From: an uncultured delta proteobacterium
GTDB taxonomy: Bacteria > Myxococcota_A > Polyangia > Polyangiales > Polyangiaceae
Length of the DNA: 64,000 nucleotides
Direction of reading: 5' to 3'
Assembly (NCBI GenBank): GCA_963806225.1
Contig: CAWDXG010000001.1
Location: 1,632,001 to 1,696,000 of the forward strand
Position 1 is the first letter of the stretch, and every line of letters starts with the position of its first letter. Under the pieces are notes generated by a model. The model ran no database searches. It was not told the DNA's origin and was given only the letters and a program-made list of their open reading frames with translations. A program made the position numbers and the translations under genes. Below, in pieces: positions 63,401-64,000 of the stretch.

Positions 63401-64000
63401 GCAGGTTGGGGCGATCGATGACGCCGTCGAAGTCGGTGTCCCACTGCGGGCTTGTAGATGGCTCTGCCGTTCCGCGTGCCGTCGACGGTGCGACCCGGAT
63501 CGAACTTGCCGGTCACCGGGTCGACGGTCTCGTCGACGGTGTCCCAGAACAGGTTCTCTTCCGAGCGTCGTGTGTCGTTCTTCCAGTACTTGTTCTTGTC
63601 CTTGACGATGTACTGGAAAGCGCCTTCGCCGATGTCCATCACGGCCGGGACGCCCGTGGTCAGGTTCACTACGTAGACGGCGTCGTTGGCGAAGTCGTAG
63701 TCGTCGCCCTGGTGGCGCTGCTTGATGTTCTGGAGATCGATCGCCGGGACGCGCGTCGTCCTTGTTCGCCTTGTCGAAAGCAACGGTGATCGGGGCGAAG
63801 GTGCCCCAGCCTTCCAGCTGGTCGAACTTCTCCCGCGCATCGGCTTCGATGTGGGTGGGAGCGACCAGGCTCGCGTTTATGCGCAGCCCGGTGCGGCTGG
63901 TGGGGTCAGGCCACATCGCCGCGTCGTTCGGCATCGGGATCTCCGGCAGCGGCTTGTGCTCGAGATCGAAGCGCACGATCGGGCCGTTGCCCGCCGGGGT
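60404..64000 (-). CDS. Large alpha/beta-hydrolase-like exported protein; start lies beyond the window; several frameshifts between ~63385 and 63760
   Basis: LEGWGTFAP, RPLVPL...YAVVVT, FAWTFTT, YGHGY, RQSAVD, GESLGG nucleophile elbow, late GVHG. Confidence 0.75.
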   Translation of the reverse strand, partial: TPAGNGPIVRFDLEHKPLPEIPMPNDAAMWPDPTSRTGLRINASLVAPTHIEADAREKFDQLEGWGTFAPITVAFDKANKDDARPGDRSPEHQAAPPGRRLRLRQRRRLRSEPDHGRPGRDGHRRRRFPVHRQGQEQVLEERHTTLGREPVLGHRRRDRRPGDRQVRSGSHRRRHAERQSHLQARSGTPTSTASSIAPTCWTRQRAPNQAQVALGDADELDRDRCIANNLLTWYERETDTLIMRPLVPLDEETKYAVVVTDRVVDPDGNPVRSPFDFVYYPAQEKGIEKLQSILSKPDDPYFGDIAGTGLEHVAFAWTFTTQPVQEDLHLLRDGLYGKGPFAHLSKQFPAHADIRRAVGKVDDEALAAGAQDPPGWRDSPECKDKVNYWRIVKADSIRSTLKSLASQGFGIDGPSLDWLLKTFNAIDHFAIGNFKSPFFITGGPKGTDPTASFDLDYTTGQGKQYSDTVQFLIAVPKETKQYKQPFPVAYYGHGYTSSMVEALGFAGSEAEQGIATVGMNAVFHGLDLDETDKQLARALFKGACEGPFSSAFLEGRYRDLNGDGIADSGGDYWTSYLFHTRDVVRQSAVDLLQMFRIFESYDGKRLDTMQSAEDPKAKTIAGDWDGDGTPDVGGPDNQFYAWGESLGGILAPLVAALDPKVIAAAPTSGSGGLLDVGARTVQGGAFEGIYLRNFGPLVVGVPASQYYDSSGNHPSTACKQNEISLRFIMIDVNSTAEVEFSCFDPAANTGGAGVPQGGTVLVTNGRSGEVRCARMDKDGIFRIGIPTNVGDKLEVQIWDHPDIVDRYGDHGCNVDASQGKRIALINQWGPGTVANGAPDPTGQSDQPVCTTDGGCHKFQNTYVGAGKTLRALVEGFGYIRQTPTLRRFMALASNIVDPGDPINYAPYYALKPMLDPFGKVQPPTGVMNIVTVGDMNVPLNSGIALGRAAGAVPFMVPGAAEKYPEYADYATPQALYDKLGGKTPNRVLVDQGVMEGMARLRRHPPKDLASCQQNMVPLTKDDITCHPNCTATDTSACLSHQHCESGRCVADAVSEDDCAQALYDVDVIDEGASLYGEEQAQEPLRLARIARPVATAADVAAVWAPRLEGEPYSPDKGAWTADKRVEAQLMAYIEPRGVHGFNNNDPCQNWQSGAYMINLIGHFFRSGGADVYYLSHPSSHECLGRPIGKGGCPFVQMP

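Overview
High-GC, myxobacterium-like (Polyangiaceae-style gene content) chromosomal window with about 47 CDS and the RNase P RNA gene. I saw no rRNA, tRNA, CRISPR array or mobile element. About 14 genes, including housekeeping queA and hisF, carry apparent small-indel frameshifts, most likely assembly errors. The most notable region is 6.2-19.2 kb. Four paralogous lipoprotein modules share a Lys/Arg-rich NBR1-Ig-like domain, a small Cys-rich domain, an acidic tract and a MYXO-CTERM-like tail. Their N-terminal heads differ: an M15 Zn-peptidase, a GH25 muramidase, an NlpC/P60 domain, or nothing. Each of the three transcription units has a sigma54 -24/-12 site and the same TGTyCTGACA box ending 107-108 bp upstream of the -24 GG. 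An FHA-sigma54 activator lies next to the array, and two Ser/Thr kinase + TPR/PEGA + beta-propeller lipoprotein trios lie upstream of and inside it. The rest of the window holds a duplicated S41 protease + lipoprotein operon, queA-tgt, a GltJ/AgmX-like gene, an RpoH-family sigma factor, an IscA/ErpA-family gene, hisF, xerC, a His-less pseudo-histidine kinase and assorted envelope proteins. All domain calls are motif recognition by eye, not database hits.
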